64,000 nt of DNA from positions 1-64,000 of the forward strand of contig JANNBC010000025.1 in NCBI GenBank assembly GCA_031385045.1, in the 5' to 3' direction. Of this stretch, positions 20,689 through 31,400 are shown in pieces. The notes under the pieces were generated by a model. The model did not search any database, was not told the DNA's origin, and was given only the letters and a program-made list of their open reading frames with translations. The stretch is from a bacterium (lineage in GTDB: Bacteria > Bdellovibrionota_C > UBA2361 > CALJRW01). The stretch's first letter is position 1; every line of letters begins with the position of its first letter. Both the position numbers and the translations under genes were made by a program.

Positions 20689-21255
20689 CTATTTAACCAC
20701 CACCAGCGATTCTACCGCAATATTATCATAAATAACATCAAGTATCTCTTTGCTAACATTAATACCAGAGGCTAAAGTTTGTACTTCTGGATTAGAAAAT
20801 AGCGCTTGTCCATTCTCTAGAAATAACGCTTTATCACCGTAAACACCTTTTAAATATCTTTCTGAGCTAAACGCTAGAGGAATAGGTAATTGGCGATCTA
20901 CATAGTACTGCTCATCTGCATACCAAAGTGGTTGATTGTCTTTAATTAATATTTTGTATGAACCCGCGTCTAATTGATTTGATGAAATAAAGTCCAAGGC
21001 TTTAATTTCTTTAGTTCCTTGCATTAGGCTCACAGTTGATAACTTAGAATCAATTTTTAACCAGTAGCTATCAAATTGAATTGGCATGAAGGCAAGTGTT
21101 TGTGGCGCTTGAATTGAAGTAACTTCCGGGGCTTGGCGACTAATGCTAATTAAGCCATTTGCCTGATAGGCAACTTTTTCAGTTTTAGGTTGAGAATTGG
21201 TACAGCCTAAAATTAAAAAAGCCGTTAAGATTAAGATGTTTCTAAGGATTGCCAT
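20689..21255 (-). CDS. L,D-transpeptidase (YkuD)-like lipoprotein lacking catalytic His/Cys
   Basis: Lipobox LILGC after ATG 21255; P.WYA.E.Y...ERYLKGVYGDKALFL; no HxxSHGC motif. Confidence 0.65.
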   Translation of the reverse strand: MAILRNILILTAFLILGCTNSQPKTEKVAYQANGLISISRQAPEVTSIQAPQTLAFMPIQFDSYWLKIDSKLSTVSLMQGTKEIKALDFISSNQLDAGSYKILIKDNQPLWYADEQYYVDRQLPIPLAFSSERYLKGVYGDKALFLENGQALFSNPEVQTLASGINVSKEILDVIYDNIAVESLVVVK

Positions 21256-21333
21256 ATTGGGAACTTTTTGGAATATTACGCTTCTTGTATTCACTTTAGA
21301 TCTAATTTTGATTTCTGACAAGAAACTATCCAC

Positions 21334-22074
21334 ATGCTAAGGCTATTCCTAAATCCTCGTTTTTTCAGTTTATTGCTAATTTTATTGGCATCTTGTTCTA
21401 GCATGGACGACCGTCATGGCTCCCTACGAACTCGCTATTATTCTTTTGAACACCCGGCACCACCACTTGATCGCTTACGATTTCAGTGGAGTCCAGAGTT
21501 AGAATATTCACTTAAACATTACTTAGTCATTGATCCTGGGCATTTAAAGGTTGCTAAGCAAAATCGCGACCAATACGAGCCAGAACTAAAAACTATTTTC
21601 TATACTTATGGAGTTCCACAGGAGTTAATTAATGTCGCTGCAATTGAAAGCAAATTTAATATTTATGCCAGAAGTAGCTATGGAGCTGTGGGGATTTGGC
21701 AGTTTATGAAGCCAACAGCAAGGCAATATGGACTCAAGGTTTCGCTTTTACGTGATGAAAGAAAAGATCCATTACTTTCCACGGAAGCTGCTGCTTTGTA
21801 TTTAAGAGATTTATATCAACAATTTCATGATTGGCACTGGGCACTCGCTGCTTATAATGCTGGTCCTGCCCGAGTAATGCAATTTATTCGACAATATCCT
21901 AATCTTTCATTTTGGGACGTTGCTCGAACACCTGGTTTTCCAGGGCAGACGAAAGCCTTTGTTTCCCGAGTCTTGGCAGCTTCAATTATTGAAAAGAATA
22001 ATATTCCCTGCAGTCGAATTGATGAAGCACTACTCACTCGGATGATTTCAGTATTAAAGATGGCCCATGCTTAA
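21334..22074 (+). CDS. Lytic transglycosylase (SLT domain, MltD-like) lipoprotein
   Basis: AAIESKFN, GAVGIWQFMKPTARQYGL, DERKDP, ALAAYNAG. Confidence 0.93.
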   Translation: MLRLFLNPRFFSLLLILLASCSSMDDRHGSLRTRYYSFEHPAPPLDRLRFQWSPELEYSLKHYLVIDPGHLKVAKQNRDQYEPELKTIFYTYGVPQELINVAAIESKFNIYARSSYGAVGIWQFMKPTARQYGLKVSLLRDERKDPLLSTEAAALYLRDLYQQFHDWHWALAAYNAGPARVMQFIRQYPNLSFWDVARTPGFPGQTKAFVSRVLAASIIEKNNIPCSRIDEALLTRMISVLKMAHA

Positions 22075-22840
22075 GACCTTAAAGAAAATGAGGGTTAGTG
22101 ACTTTCCTAATCCCAAGTATTCTTTAGAAGAACTCGATCTTAACACACTTCTGAATCAAAATTTAAGTTTGAAATTTACCGGTAAAATTAATTGTATAAA
22201 TTGTCAGAAATCAATTAAGAAAAGTTTTAATCAAGGTTATTGTTTTCCTTGTTTTCAAAAATTAGCAGCTTGTGATTTATGTATCCTGCGTCCCGAAAAA
22301 TGTCATTATCATTTAGGTACCTGTAGGGAACCGGAGTGGGGTGAGCAACATTGTTTAATTACACATTCTATTTATTTAGCTAATTCTGCCGGGCTAAAAG
22401 TTGGTATCACTAGAACAATTCAGAAGGAGACTCGTTGGGTTGATCAAGGGGCTATTCAGGTTCTTGAAATAGGAACAACAACTGAAAGATTAAAATCTGG
22501 TTTAATTGAAGTTGAATTGAAAAAATATTTTAATGATCGCTCGGATTGGCGCAAGCTAGTTACTGGAAAAGATCCCGAAATAAACTTACTGCAAGAGTTT
22601 GCTAATGTGCGCAGTGCACTTGAGGAAATTAAAGAGCTACAAATAAATCCTACTCCCCAAGAATTTGTGATCCATTACCCAGTTTCTTGCTACCCACAAA
22701 AAGCGGTTAGCTTTAATGAGAAAAAGGAACAAAGTATTTCTGGGATTCTAAATGGAATTCGCGGACAATATTTACTGATTGGAGAGCAGGTAATTAATAT
22801 ACGAAAATTTCAAGGATATCAGGTTGAAATTGAATTCTAA
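22067..22840 (+). CDS. DUF2797 domain protein
   Basis: KSFNQGYCFPCF, CILRPEKCHYHLGTCREPEWG, KVGITR, RWVDQGA. Confidence 0.9.
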   Translation: MLKTLKKMRVSDFPNPKYSLEELDLNTLLNQNLSLKFTGKINCINCQKSIKKSFNQGYCFPCFQKLAACDLCILRPEKCHYHLGTCREPEWGEQHCLITHSIYLANSAGLKVGITRTIQKETRWVDQGAIQVLEIGTTTERLKSGLIEVELKKYFNDRSDWRKLVTGKDPEINLLQEFANVRSALEEIKELQINPTPQEFVIHYPVSCYPQKAVSFNEKKEQSISGILNGIRGQYLLIGEQVINIRKFQGYQVEIEF

Positions 22841-22843
22841 TTC

Positions 22844-23545
22844 CTAGATACTTACTTTCTGACCAGGTTCCATTACTAAGCTTGTTACGCCTAATTCAGC
22901 ACAAGCAATTTCAAATTCTTCTGCTGTGCCAGTTAGGCCAGGAAAGGTGTTGTAATGCACAGGAATTGCTTGCTCACATTTTAGCCAACTAGCAGCTACA
23001 GCTCCATCATAAGCTCCCATGGTATATACATCGCCAATTGGAAGACAGGCAACATTTGGTCGATAAATTTCACCAATTAGTTTTAAGTCTGAGAAGAGGC
23101 AAGTGTCCCCAGCATGGAACAGACAAAAATCTTCCGTTTTAACAACTATTCCGCAAGCAACGCCAGCATATTGAGTGCCATTAGTAGATGTTTCGAAACT
23201 ACTAGAATGAAAAGCTCGAGTTAGGCAAATTTTAATTTTTTGAAAGCTAATACAACCGCCGGGATTCATTCCAATAATTTGCTCTGCTGGAATTCCTTCG
23301 GCTACTAACAAATTGCCTAGTTCAAAACCAGCGATTACAGGACATTTATACTTTTTTGCTAAGCGAACAGTGTCACCTGCATGATCGCTATGACCATGAC
23401 TCAGGATGATCAGATCAATCTTTTCTGGATTATGGAGGGATTCCGGGCAACTTGGGTTACCTTTCAGCCAAGGATCGATGGCTATGACTTGATTGTTAAG
23501 TTCTAAAAGTATCGCGGAGTGACCAGCGTAAGTTATCTTTCTCAT
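22844..23545 (-). CDS. Metallo-beta-lactamase fold hydrolase (UPF0173)
   Basis: GHSA, IDPWL, SHGHSDH, HAGDT, PIGDVYTM, PVHYNTFP. Confidence 0.93.
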   Translation of the reverse strand: MRKITYAGHSAILLELNNQVIAIDPWLKGNPSCPESLHNPEKIDLIILSHGHSDHAGDTVRLAKKYKCPVIAGFELGNLLVAEGIPAEQIIGMNPGGCISFQKIKICLTRAFHSSSFETSTNGTQYAGVACGIVVKTEDFCLFHAGDTCLFSDLKLIGEIYRPNVACLPIGDVYTMGAYDGAVAASWLKCEQAIPVHYNTFPGLTGTAEEFEIACAELGVTSLVMEPGQKVSI

Positions 23546-23691
23546 TGTTATATATCCTGAAAATAGTGTGGATTGCTTATTTAGACTATTGTCTTTAGCT
23601 TAGTAGAGATTCACAATTCAAAAGTCTTATATAGTTATGAATTGTATTTCCAATATCTATTTATAGCTAACAAACCTTAGATTATCAAGGA

Positions 23692-25062
23692 ATGATTCTG
23701 ATTAATCTTAAGTCTGATATTAAATTAACAAAGAAAAATAAATTGTCTAATCAAAAATATAACAAACAAATCTTGACAATCGCAATCCCGGCTTCTCTTG
23801 GATTCTTTTTTCACACGATGTTTAATGTGATCGACACTTATTATGCTGGGCTCTTAAATACCTCTGCCCTTGCTGGACTTTCAGCCTCGTTTCCGATTTT
23901 CTTTTTAATTATTGCTGTTAGTAGTGGGTTAGGGACTGGTGTTACCAGTTTAATGTCTAATTATCTGGGTTCCAATCAGGAGGCAGACGCTCGCAAATTA
24001 CTTTGGCAGGCAATTTTCTTAGGTTTCTTTGCTAGTATTATAATCACACTGATTGGACTTTTTGTTTCACCATTACTTTTAAGACTTCAAGGTACTACGG
24101 CTGATTATTATCCTTATGCGTTAGTATATTTGCAGGTAATTTTTATTGGTGCATTTAGTTTTATTTATTTTAATATCTTTAATTCCGCTCTTGTTGCCCT
24201 GGGTGATAGTAAGAAGTTTAGAAATGCTTTACTTGTTGGCTTAATTCTAAATTGCATACTTAATCCATTACTGATGTTTACTTGTAAGTTAGGTATTGCC
24301 GGCGTTGCCTTAGCCACAATTTTAATCGAAGCATTGCAGGCAGTTTATTTATTATTGATTTTACGAAAAAGAAAATTTTTTATTTTTAGCGAATATCCAA
24401 ATCTTTGGCCCAATCCTTTACTGATTAAAGTGCTGATTAAGCATAGCGGGTTAGCGGCACTTAATATGTTAACTATTGGAGTTGGGATTTATGTAATCTT
24501 AAGTTTTATCGCAAGAGCTGGTGGAAACGCCGTTGCCGCATATGGGCTAGGCATTCGTATTGAACAGATTGTTTTACTGCCGGCAATCGGACTAAGTATG
24601 GCGACCCAAAGTCTGGCTGGAAGGTATAACGGAGCAGGGGATTTGTTCTCTGCTAAAATAATTTATCAGCAATCCTTAAAGTTTGCAGCAATTGTAAGCA
24701 CCGTTGGATGTTTTTTAATCTTTGTTTTTAAAAAAATATTAATAGCAATTTTTACAAGTGATCTTCAGGTCACTGAAATTGCCAGTCAGTATTTATCCTA
24801 TGCGGCATTCTTATTGTTTTGCTATTCTGTGATCATCATTAGTAATTCTTTTTTCTTTGCAGTAAAGCGTCCGAAATGGCCAATGCTTCTTGGATTTATT
24901 AGGTTAATAGTAAATCCCTTAATCTTCTTTCCAATTTTATATGGGCATTTTGCAGTGAAGGGAGTTTGGATCGGCCTAACTTCTAATAATACATTGATGG
25001 CCGCAGTAATTTTTATTGCAGTTCAGGTAATTTGTTTTCCGAAATCTCAGAATGATAATTAA
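23692..25062 (+). CDS. MATE family efflux transporter (start may be TTG 23743)
   Basis: About 12 TM segments; FNVIDTYYAG; GIAGVALAT; AVAAYGLGIRIEQ. Confidence 0.92.
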   Translation: MILINLKSDIKLTKKNKLSNQKYNKQILTIAIPASLGFFFHTMFNVIDTYYAGLLNTSALAGLSASFPIFFLIIAVSSGLGTGVTSLMSNYLGSNQEADARKLLWQAIFLGFFASIIITLIGLFVSPLLLRLQGTTADYYPYALVYLQVIFIGAFSFIYFNIFNSALVALGDSKKFRNALLVGLILNCILNPLLMFTCKLGIAGVALATILIEALQAVYLLLILRKRKFFIFSEYPNLWPNPLLIKVLIKHSGLAALNMLTIGVGIYVILSFIARAGGNAVAAYGLGIRIEQIVLLPAIGLSMATQSLAGRYNGAGDLFSAKIIYQQSLKFAAIVSTVGCFLIFVFKKILIAIFTSDLQVTEIASQYLSYAAFLLFCYSVIIISNSFFFAVKRPKWPMLLGFIRLIVNPLIFFPILYGHFAVKGVWIGLTSNNTLMAAVIFIAVQVICFPKSQNDN

Positions 25063-25066
25063 GGAA

Positions 25067-26167
25067 TTAGGAAGCTTTGCCAAGATTAATTTCCAATGGC
25101 AGGATACCAGCCTTGATCCATGCCAACTTCAGCTCAGCTACTTTCTCTAGATTATCACCAAAAGCTAATCCACAATCTCCACCACCAGCACCTGAGAACT
25201 TAGAGGTAAAGCCATGTTGCTCAGCCAAAGTAATCAAGCACTGGAGTTCTTTGGTAATTAATGGAACTTTGCTTACTTTGGCGAGCTCTTTTAATAGTAA
25301 ATGATTATTTTTAAGTCCGCTAAGAATTTCTAAAAGCTGACTATTTTTCCAGTCCATGATTAATTTTTTGGTATTATTCGCAATCTTTTGGTAGAGCTGC
25401 TCAATAATTAGTGGATGATTTTTTTGAAATTCATTCATCTCTGTGATTAATTTTGTGCTACTGGCGGAGCAACCAGTAAACCCAGTTAAGATAATTAATC
25501 CCACTGGAAGTGTTAGCTTTTCAATAGAACAATTTGGCCATTCCAGTTGAACTAGCTGCTCTAATTTCGTAGAATTAATTTTATTTACTAACCACTTACT
25601 ATCAAATGTCGAGTAGGCGATTACTCCCCCATAAACTGCTGTGGCAATATCTAATCCGGAGCCTAGCTGGTTTTGTGCTTGAAAATGACTAATAATTGCC
25701 AACTTAAAGGTGAGATCTTCTAAATTAATTAAAGTTTTTTTAGGATGGAATTGTTGTAGTAGAGCAGAAGTTGTGGCAACTGTAATACCAGCAGAAGATC
25801 CCAAGCCAAATTTTATTTTACCAGACTCGCTTTCTATAATAGTTTCTGAGCTATTAGTAGTTAACTCAAATCCGGAATCTAGATTTAAGTAGCTGGCTAC
25901 CGTTTCAATACTAGCCTTAATAAATATAATTTGCTGGGAAATTGTTGGAGTGAGAACTTCTCCAAAAATAAGCTTTTGATTTTTAAGTTCGCCAGAGATT
26001 CGCAAGTTAAAGTCTGGTAAGTTTAGAATCACTTGTTGATCTTTGCGTGGTTTTAAAAAGACGTGAACAAAGCGATCAACACTAGCGACAATAACTGGGT
26101 TACCACTTTCTAGTACCGACCATTCCCCAGCAATTACTAGTTTTCCAGGAGCACTAACTTTTAGCAT
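25067..26167 (-). CDS. mvaK2: Phosphomevalonate kinase (GHMP family)
   Basis: SAPGKLVIAGEWSVLE, KFGLGSSA, GSGLDIA, KFSGAGGGDCG; coupled to mvaD. Confidence 0.88.
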   Translation of the reverse strand: MLKVSAPGKLVIAGEWSVLESGNPVIVASVDRFVHVFLKPRKDQQVILNLPDFNLRISGELKNQKLIFGEVLTPTISQQIIFIKASIETVASYLNLDSGFELTTNSSETIIESESGKIKFGLGSSAGITVATTSALLQQFHPKKTLINLEDLTFKLAIISHFQAQNQLGSGLDIATAVYGGVIAYSTFDSKWLVNKINSTKLEQLVQLEWPNCSIEKLTLPVGLIILTGFTGCSASSTKLITEMNEFQKNHPLIIEQLYQKIANNTKKLIMDWKNSQLLEILSGLKNNHLLLKELAKVSKVPLITKELQCLITLAEQHGFTSKFSGAGGGDCGLAFGDNLEKVAELKLAWIKAGILPLEINLGKAS

Positions 26168-27177
26168 TATTCTAGGTGATGATTAATAACCGTGGCAGCA
26201 GAGCCGACATTAGTATAAATAATTTCTTTTAGTCCCACTAGTTTGCCTAAATAGTTTTCCACTTTTAATTGATCTTTTTTCTGATATAAGATTTTCACTT
26301 GCGGACCAGCATCGATTGTAAAGTATGATTCCAAACGATTATTTTCACGAAGCTCCACAATTGTATTGGTAATTAGTTTTGTTGCCTCATTCCAATAATT
26401 AATTGGTGGGGTAGAGGCAATCATTGTGGCATGCATTTTGAGAGCATTTTTCTCAGCGACGGTTCCCATTAAAGTAAAATTCTTACTCAGGATAGCCTGC
26501 TCCATATCTTGTAAGTCTTTTTTAACAGTATCAAGCCAAGCTGTTTGATAAATTGGACAAGTCTTGACTGTTCTTTGCATTCCTTCTCTTGAAGAATAAA
26601 TCTTTTCTCCGGTTGCCGTAATGGCAATTGCAATGCAAAGTTCCGGCCAGTGTTGTTGATCAGCAATAAAACCAATTTCGGAATCTGAGCCATCAGGAGC
26701 AACTCCCATTTGCCAATAGTTAAATCCTCCTAAGATCGATCTAGTCGCTGAGCCAGAGCCCATTCTCGCCATCTGGCTTAGTTTTTTATAATCTAAACCA
26801 AGCCCAAGTGCTTCGTTAAGAGCAACACTTAGGGCGGCAAAGCCCGAAGCGGAAGAAGCTAAACCAGCGCTAGTAGGGAAATTATTTTTTGTAATAATCC
26901 TAAGTTTTTCAGTAAACTTAAACTTATAGCGCATAATTTTCAGGTAGCTATTAAAGTACTCCTGAAAAACTTTAGATTCTGGACTAATTTCTTGGTCATT
27001 TAATTTTAGAGAATCAATACTAAGTTTTGGATCTAAGTGGATTGTTGTGTGGCTTGCTAAGTTTGCCAGTGTCACGCTAATACTGGAATTTAGGGGTAAA
27101 ATCAGATTTAGATCGCGTTTGCCCCAGTATTTCACAAGGGCAATGTTTGGATGGGCTAAGGCAGATACAATTTTCAT
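26167..27177 (-). CDS. mvaD: Diphosphomevalonate decarboxylase
   Basis: AHPNIALVKYWGKRD, GLASSASGFAA, ARMGSGSATRS, FTIDAGPQV. Confidence 0.95.
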   Translation of the reverse strand: MKIVSALAHPNIALVKYWGKRDLNLILPLNSSISVTLANLASHTTIHLDPKLSIDSLKLNDQEISPESKVFQEYFNSYLKIMRYKFKFTEKLRIITKNNFPTSAGLASSASGFAALSVALNEALGLGLDYKKLSQMARMGSGSATRSILGGFNYWQMGVAPDGSDSEIGFIADQQHWPELCIAIAITATGEKIYSSREGMQRTVKTCPIYQTAWLDTVKKDLQDMEQAILSKNFTLMGTVAEKNALKMHATMIASTPPINYWNEATKLITNTIVELRENNRLESYFTIDAGPQVKILYQKKDQLKVENYLGKLVGLKEIIYTNVGSAATVINHHLE

Positions 27178-27361
27178 TAAATTATTATAAGATAAAATTT
27201 AATAATTGCTAAGTAGCTTTATTAGGATAATGTTAATTTAATTCCATCCCCGAGTTGCAAGTAAGACTTCAGGTAAGTCTTTGTTAGCTTACCTCAGGTA
27301 AGATTGCTATAATATTCCAATACTTAACTAATAAAATCTCTAACTTAAAGCGAAGTCTCCC

Positions 27362-27397
27362 TTGATTTTTTGGATAATTAAATCTAGAATACCCGCG
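27362..27397 (+). promoter_or_regulatory. Sigma70 promoter candidate of dksA with GC-rich discriminator
   Basis: TTGATT (27362-27367), 17 bp, TAGAAT (27385-27390), then acccgcg. Confidence 0.55.
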
Positions 27398-27425
27398 AAT
27401 TCGTATTTATAATTATCAAACATCC

Positions 27426-27866
27426 ATGGCTAGAAAATCTAAAGAAGAACAAAGACAAGCAGATTTATTAGAGTTAAAAGAAATTTTAATTGAAGAAAAG
27501 AAACGCATTATTGACCATATGAGAAGAATTGAGCGTGATTCTGATAGTGGAATGAATAGTATTGGTGGTGATGAGGTTGATATAGCCTCACTGGAGTTAG
27601 AACAGAGAACAACTGCCCGAATTGGAAAAAGAGAAACAAAATTATTAAAAAAAATCGACCATGCTTTAAAGAAGTTTGGCGAAGGTGACGATACTGGGGA
27701 TTACGGAGTTTGTGAGTTAACTGGCGAGGAGATTCCTGTAGCCCGTTTACGAGCACGCCCTGTTGCCCAATATACGATCGAAGCCAAGGAAGAGTTGGAA
27801 CGAAAAGAAGGAAGCTTCAGAGATGTTGAAGAAGAAGATAGCTTCGAAACTGAAGACGAGTCTTAA
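27426..27866 (+). CDS. dksA: DksA/TraR family RNA polymerase-binding protein, zinc-independent type
   Basis: DEVDIA coiled-coil tip; YGVCELTGEEIPVARLRARP.AQYTIEAKE. Confidence 0.88.
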   Translation: MARKSKEEQRQADLLELKEILIEEKKRIIDHMRRIERDSDSGMNSIGGDEVDIASLELEQRTTARIGKRETKLLKKIDHALKKFGEGDDTGDYGVCELTGEEIPVARLRARPVAQYTIEAKEELERKEGSFRDVEEEDSFETEDES

Positions 27867-27877
27867 GGTTAATTAAG

Positions 27878-27898
27878 CTAGAACCAGGATGGTTCTAG
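27878..27898 (+). terminator. Hairpin after dksA
   Basis: ctagaacca-gga-tggttctag. Confidence 0.45.
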
Positions 27899-27967
27899 TA
27901 CTTGGTTGATTTTCACTAGCAGTGGTTAGATCTAAATATTGGTTAGTTTTTTTGCAAGGAAGCAACC

Positions 27968-28474
27968 ATGAAGAACTACCCTGTATCCTCACGCGGATTT
28001 TCTCTAGTCGAACTGATGTTTAGCATCGCAACAGCTGGTGTTTTAGCATCAATGTCTTTAGGTCTTTTCTTTCAATATCAAGATCGATCTAGAACAGTTG
28101 AAATGGATATGGCCTATCACGATATTAGAAATTCATCTTTTCTAGTAATGCAGAGTCTCTCCAAAGATGTCGCTAATCCAGTTTGTATTTGGCAATATGA
28201 TCCCACTTCGGGAAGTCAGGGTGTGGCTTGTGATACCTCCACAGGTCAAAATATCTTAGAAGAAGCTTTGCCAATGAAAGATTCGCGAATTGTAATTCTT
28301 TCTAGTTTTAATGCGACAGCTTCAACTAACGAATGGATACATACAACTTCAATCTTCCACTGTGATATCGCAAGTGGTGTTAATCATATCGATTACCAGA
28401 ATACCTCTGACGGAAGTTTTTATAATATTAGAACGCACGAAGATCCCACTAGTTTTGCAGTTCATTGTGCTTAG
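27968..28474 (+). CDS. Type IV pilin-like protein
   Basis: SRG|FSLVELMFSIATAGVLASMSL; four Cys in the head domain. Confidence 0.88.
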   Translation: MKNYPVSSRGFSLVELMFSIATAGVLASMSLGLFFQYQDRSRTVEMDMAYHDIRNSSFLVMQSLSKDVANPVCIWQYDPTSGSQGVACDTSTGQNILEEALPMKDSRIVILSSFNATASTNEWIHTTSIFHCDIASGVNHIDYQNTSDGSFYNIRTHEDPTSFAVHCA

Positions 28475-28482
28475 CTTAGGAA

Positions 28483-31400
28483 TTAAAGTAGCTTCTTCCA
28501 AAGAGATTTTGATTTTTGGATATTAGTAATTGGTCCACTAAAAATAATTTCACCACCCAAGTCTCCAGCTCCCGGCCCCATTTCTATTAAATAATCAGAA
28601 TATTTAATAATTAAGGGGTCGTGTTCAATTAAAACTACACTATCACCACGATTAGTGATGTCTTTTAAGACTTTTAATAGCTTAAGAACATCTTGTTGGT
28701 GAAGGCCAACGCTTGGTTCATCAAAAACATACAATGTATGTCCGCGGGGAGTTACGGCTAATTCTTCAGTTAATTTTAGTCGTTGTGCTTCACCACCAGA
28801 GAGTGTTGTTGATGTTTGTCCTAATGTTAGGTAGCCAAGGCCTAGATCACAGGCACTTTTTAAGAGTCGATAAATTTTAGGATAATTAGTAAATAGGTTT
28901 TTTGCTTCTTCAAAAGTTAAATTGAAAATTTCAGAAGCATTTTTATCTAAATACTTAATGCTTAATGTTTCGTCAGTATATCTTTTGCCCTGACAGAGTG
29001 GGCACTCAATTTTAGCTTCAGCTAAAAAGCTCATCTCTAATTTCTGAGTCCCAGTACCATTGCATTCTGGACAACGGCCTCCAGTAGCTGAGTTATATGA
29101 AAAATAACTAGGCCCCCAACCACGAGTTTTTGCAAGGGGCATCTGAGCCAAAAGTTTTCGAATTTCGTCCCAGATTTTTAAATATGAGGCAGGAGTGGAT
29201 CGTGAATTTTTACCAATCGGGGATTGATCTACAACTAGTAAGCGATCGATTGCTAGTTCTGTAGTAACCGAGGCTAGACTATTTTTCCAATGAAGATTTT
29301 TTAAGTTATCAATTGAATTAAGAAAAATATTATTTAGAAAGGTGCTTTTCCCAGATCCTGAGACGCCACAAATTGTTACTAGCGATTGAAGTGGAAAGGA
29401 GGCCTCCAGGGACTTAATATTATTAATAGCCTTGGAAGAGATTTTAACTAAAGGTTTATTCTCTATTGGGTTAGGAGACCAGTCAATTTGAGGGATTTTG
29501 TGAGTCGGATATTTTTTAACACTTCCATTATAAATAATCTGACCACCATCGCGACCTCCACCAGGGCCTAGTTCGATTAAATGATCGGCATAGTTAATTG
29601 TATCTTGATCATGCTCGATTATATAAACAGAATTACCTTGATCTTTTAGTGTAGTAAATTCTTTTAATATTTTTCGATTATCATTCGGGTGTAATCCAGC
29701 ACTTGGCTCATCAAAGATATATAAAACACCATTTAGTGGGGAGCCCATGGAATTTGCTAACTTTAATCTCTGAAGTTCGCCCTTAGAAAGATCCTGACAA
29801 CTGCGACTTAATGGTAAATATTCTAAACCCAGACGTGTTAGTCGGTTAGTTCTAATTTTTATTTCAGAAATAATTGTATCGGCAATTTCTAATTGTTGCT
29901 CTGGAAACTTAATTTGTTCTAAAAAATTAGCTAGTTCAAGAGAATTTAATTTTGCTAGCTCAAAAATATTCTTTTTATTAATTTTAATATTTAGTGACGT
30001 TTGATTAATTCGGGTGCCCTGACAACTAGGACAGATTTTATCTGTAGCAGTTTTGCCGGAGCCAGAACATTTTACACAGCGACCGCGACGAGAATTAAAA
30101 GAAAAATCCTCCGGGTCAGGTTTTAGATATCCGCGATTACACTGAGGACAGCCACGTCTTGTACTTAGGATTTGATCTTGGCCCGCTACATTAGCAATGA
30201 TATTCCCACCACTCAAACTAATAATATCTCGAATAGCTTCAAGGATTAGATCTGCTGGGATTCGATTTGGGACAACTTTGGCATAAACAAATTCGATATT
30301 ATGAACTTGGTTTCGACTAAGCCCTTCTTCAAAACGGCTAACTGGTCCAAAGATACCATCAACACGAACTTCTTCAATCTCGGATTTACGCGCCTGAATA
30401 AAAACGGGTCGATGATGGCCTTTCTTAGATTTAATAACTGGCACTAAAAGTTTAACAGTTTGCTCGCCAAACTGGAGGATCTTATTTAGAATTTGTTCCA
30501 AGCTAGAACTACTTAATTCATATTCTGGATGATCAGGACAGTAAGGAGTGCCAACTTTCGCAAAGAGTAGTCTTAAAAAATTATAGATTTCACTAACAGT
30601 TCCGAGAGTAGAAAGTTTTCCAGGTTGGAATGTGTGCTGATAGACACAGATTGTTGGTCGTAAATTTTCGATGCTAGCAATCTGAGGCTTGGCTAATTCT
30701 TTAATAAATTGTCGGGCGTAGGGCGAAAGGCAATCCAAGTATTTTCTTTGTCCTTCGGCATAGACGATGTCCTTGGCAATCGTTGATTTTCCAGAGCCAG
30801 ACACCCCAGTAAAAACAACAATCTCGTTATGTGGTATCTCCAGATCGATATTTTTTAAGTTATGTTCTTTCGCTGCGAATATTTTTAACTTACTAGAATC
30901 ATGTTTGCTAGGTTTTTCCTTATCAAACTTTAACTTACTAGCTTGATATCTAGTAACATAACTTTGTAAATATTTAGCAGTTAAAGATTTCGTTTGATTT
31001 ATTTTCTTTAAAAAGTCAGTAGGTGTTCCTTCTAGAACAACCTGCCCGCCATGCTTTCCACCCTCAGGTCCTAAATCAATAATCTGATCTGCTGCTAAGA
31101 TAATATCTTGATTGTGTTCAATACAAATAATTGAATGACCAGCATCGATCAATTCGTTAAAAACTAGTAATAGGTTTTTAACATCTTCCTGGCTCAGTCC
31201 GGTGGAAGGTTCATCAAATATTAATAGCGAATCTCCCCGAGTAGCTTTTTGAATAAATGGAACTAATTTTAAGCGTTGTGCTTCGCCACCAGAAAGCTGA
31301 CTTAGCGGATGACCTAAAGTTAGATGTCCCAGTCCTAATTTATTTAAACTTTGGCAAATGGCAAAAGCATCAAGGTGATTGATTAATAAATCCTGACATT

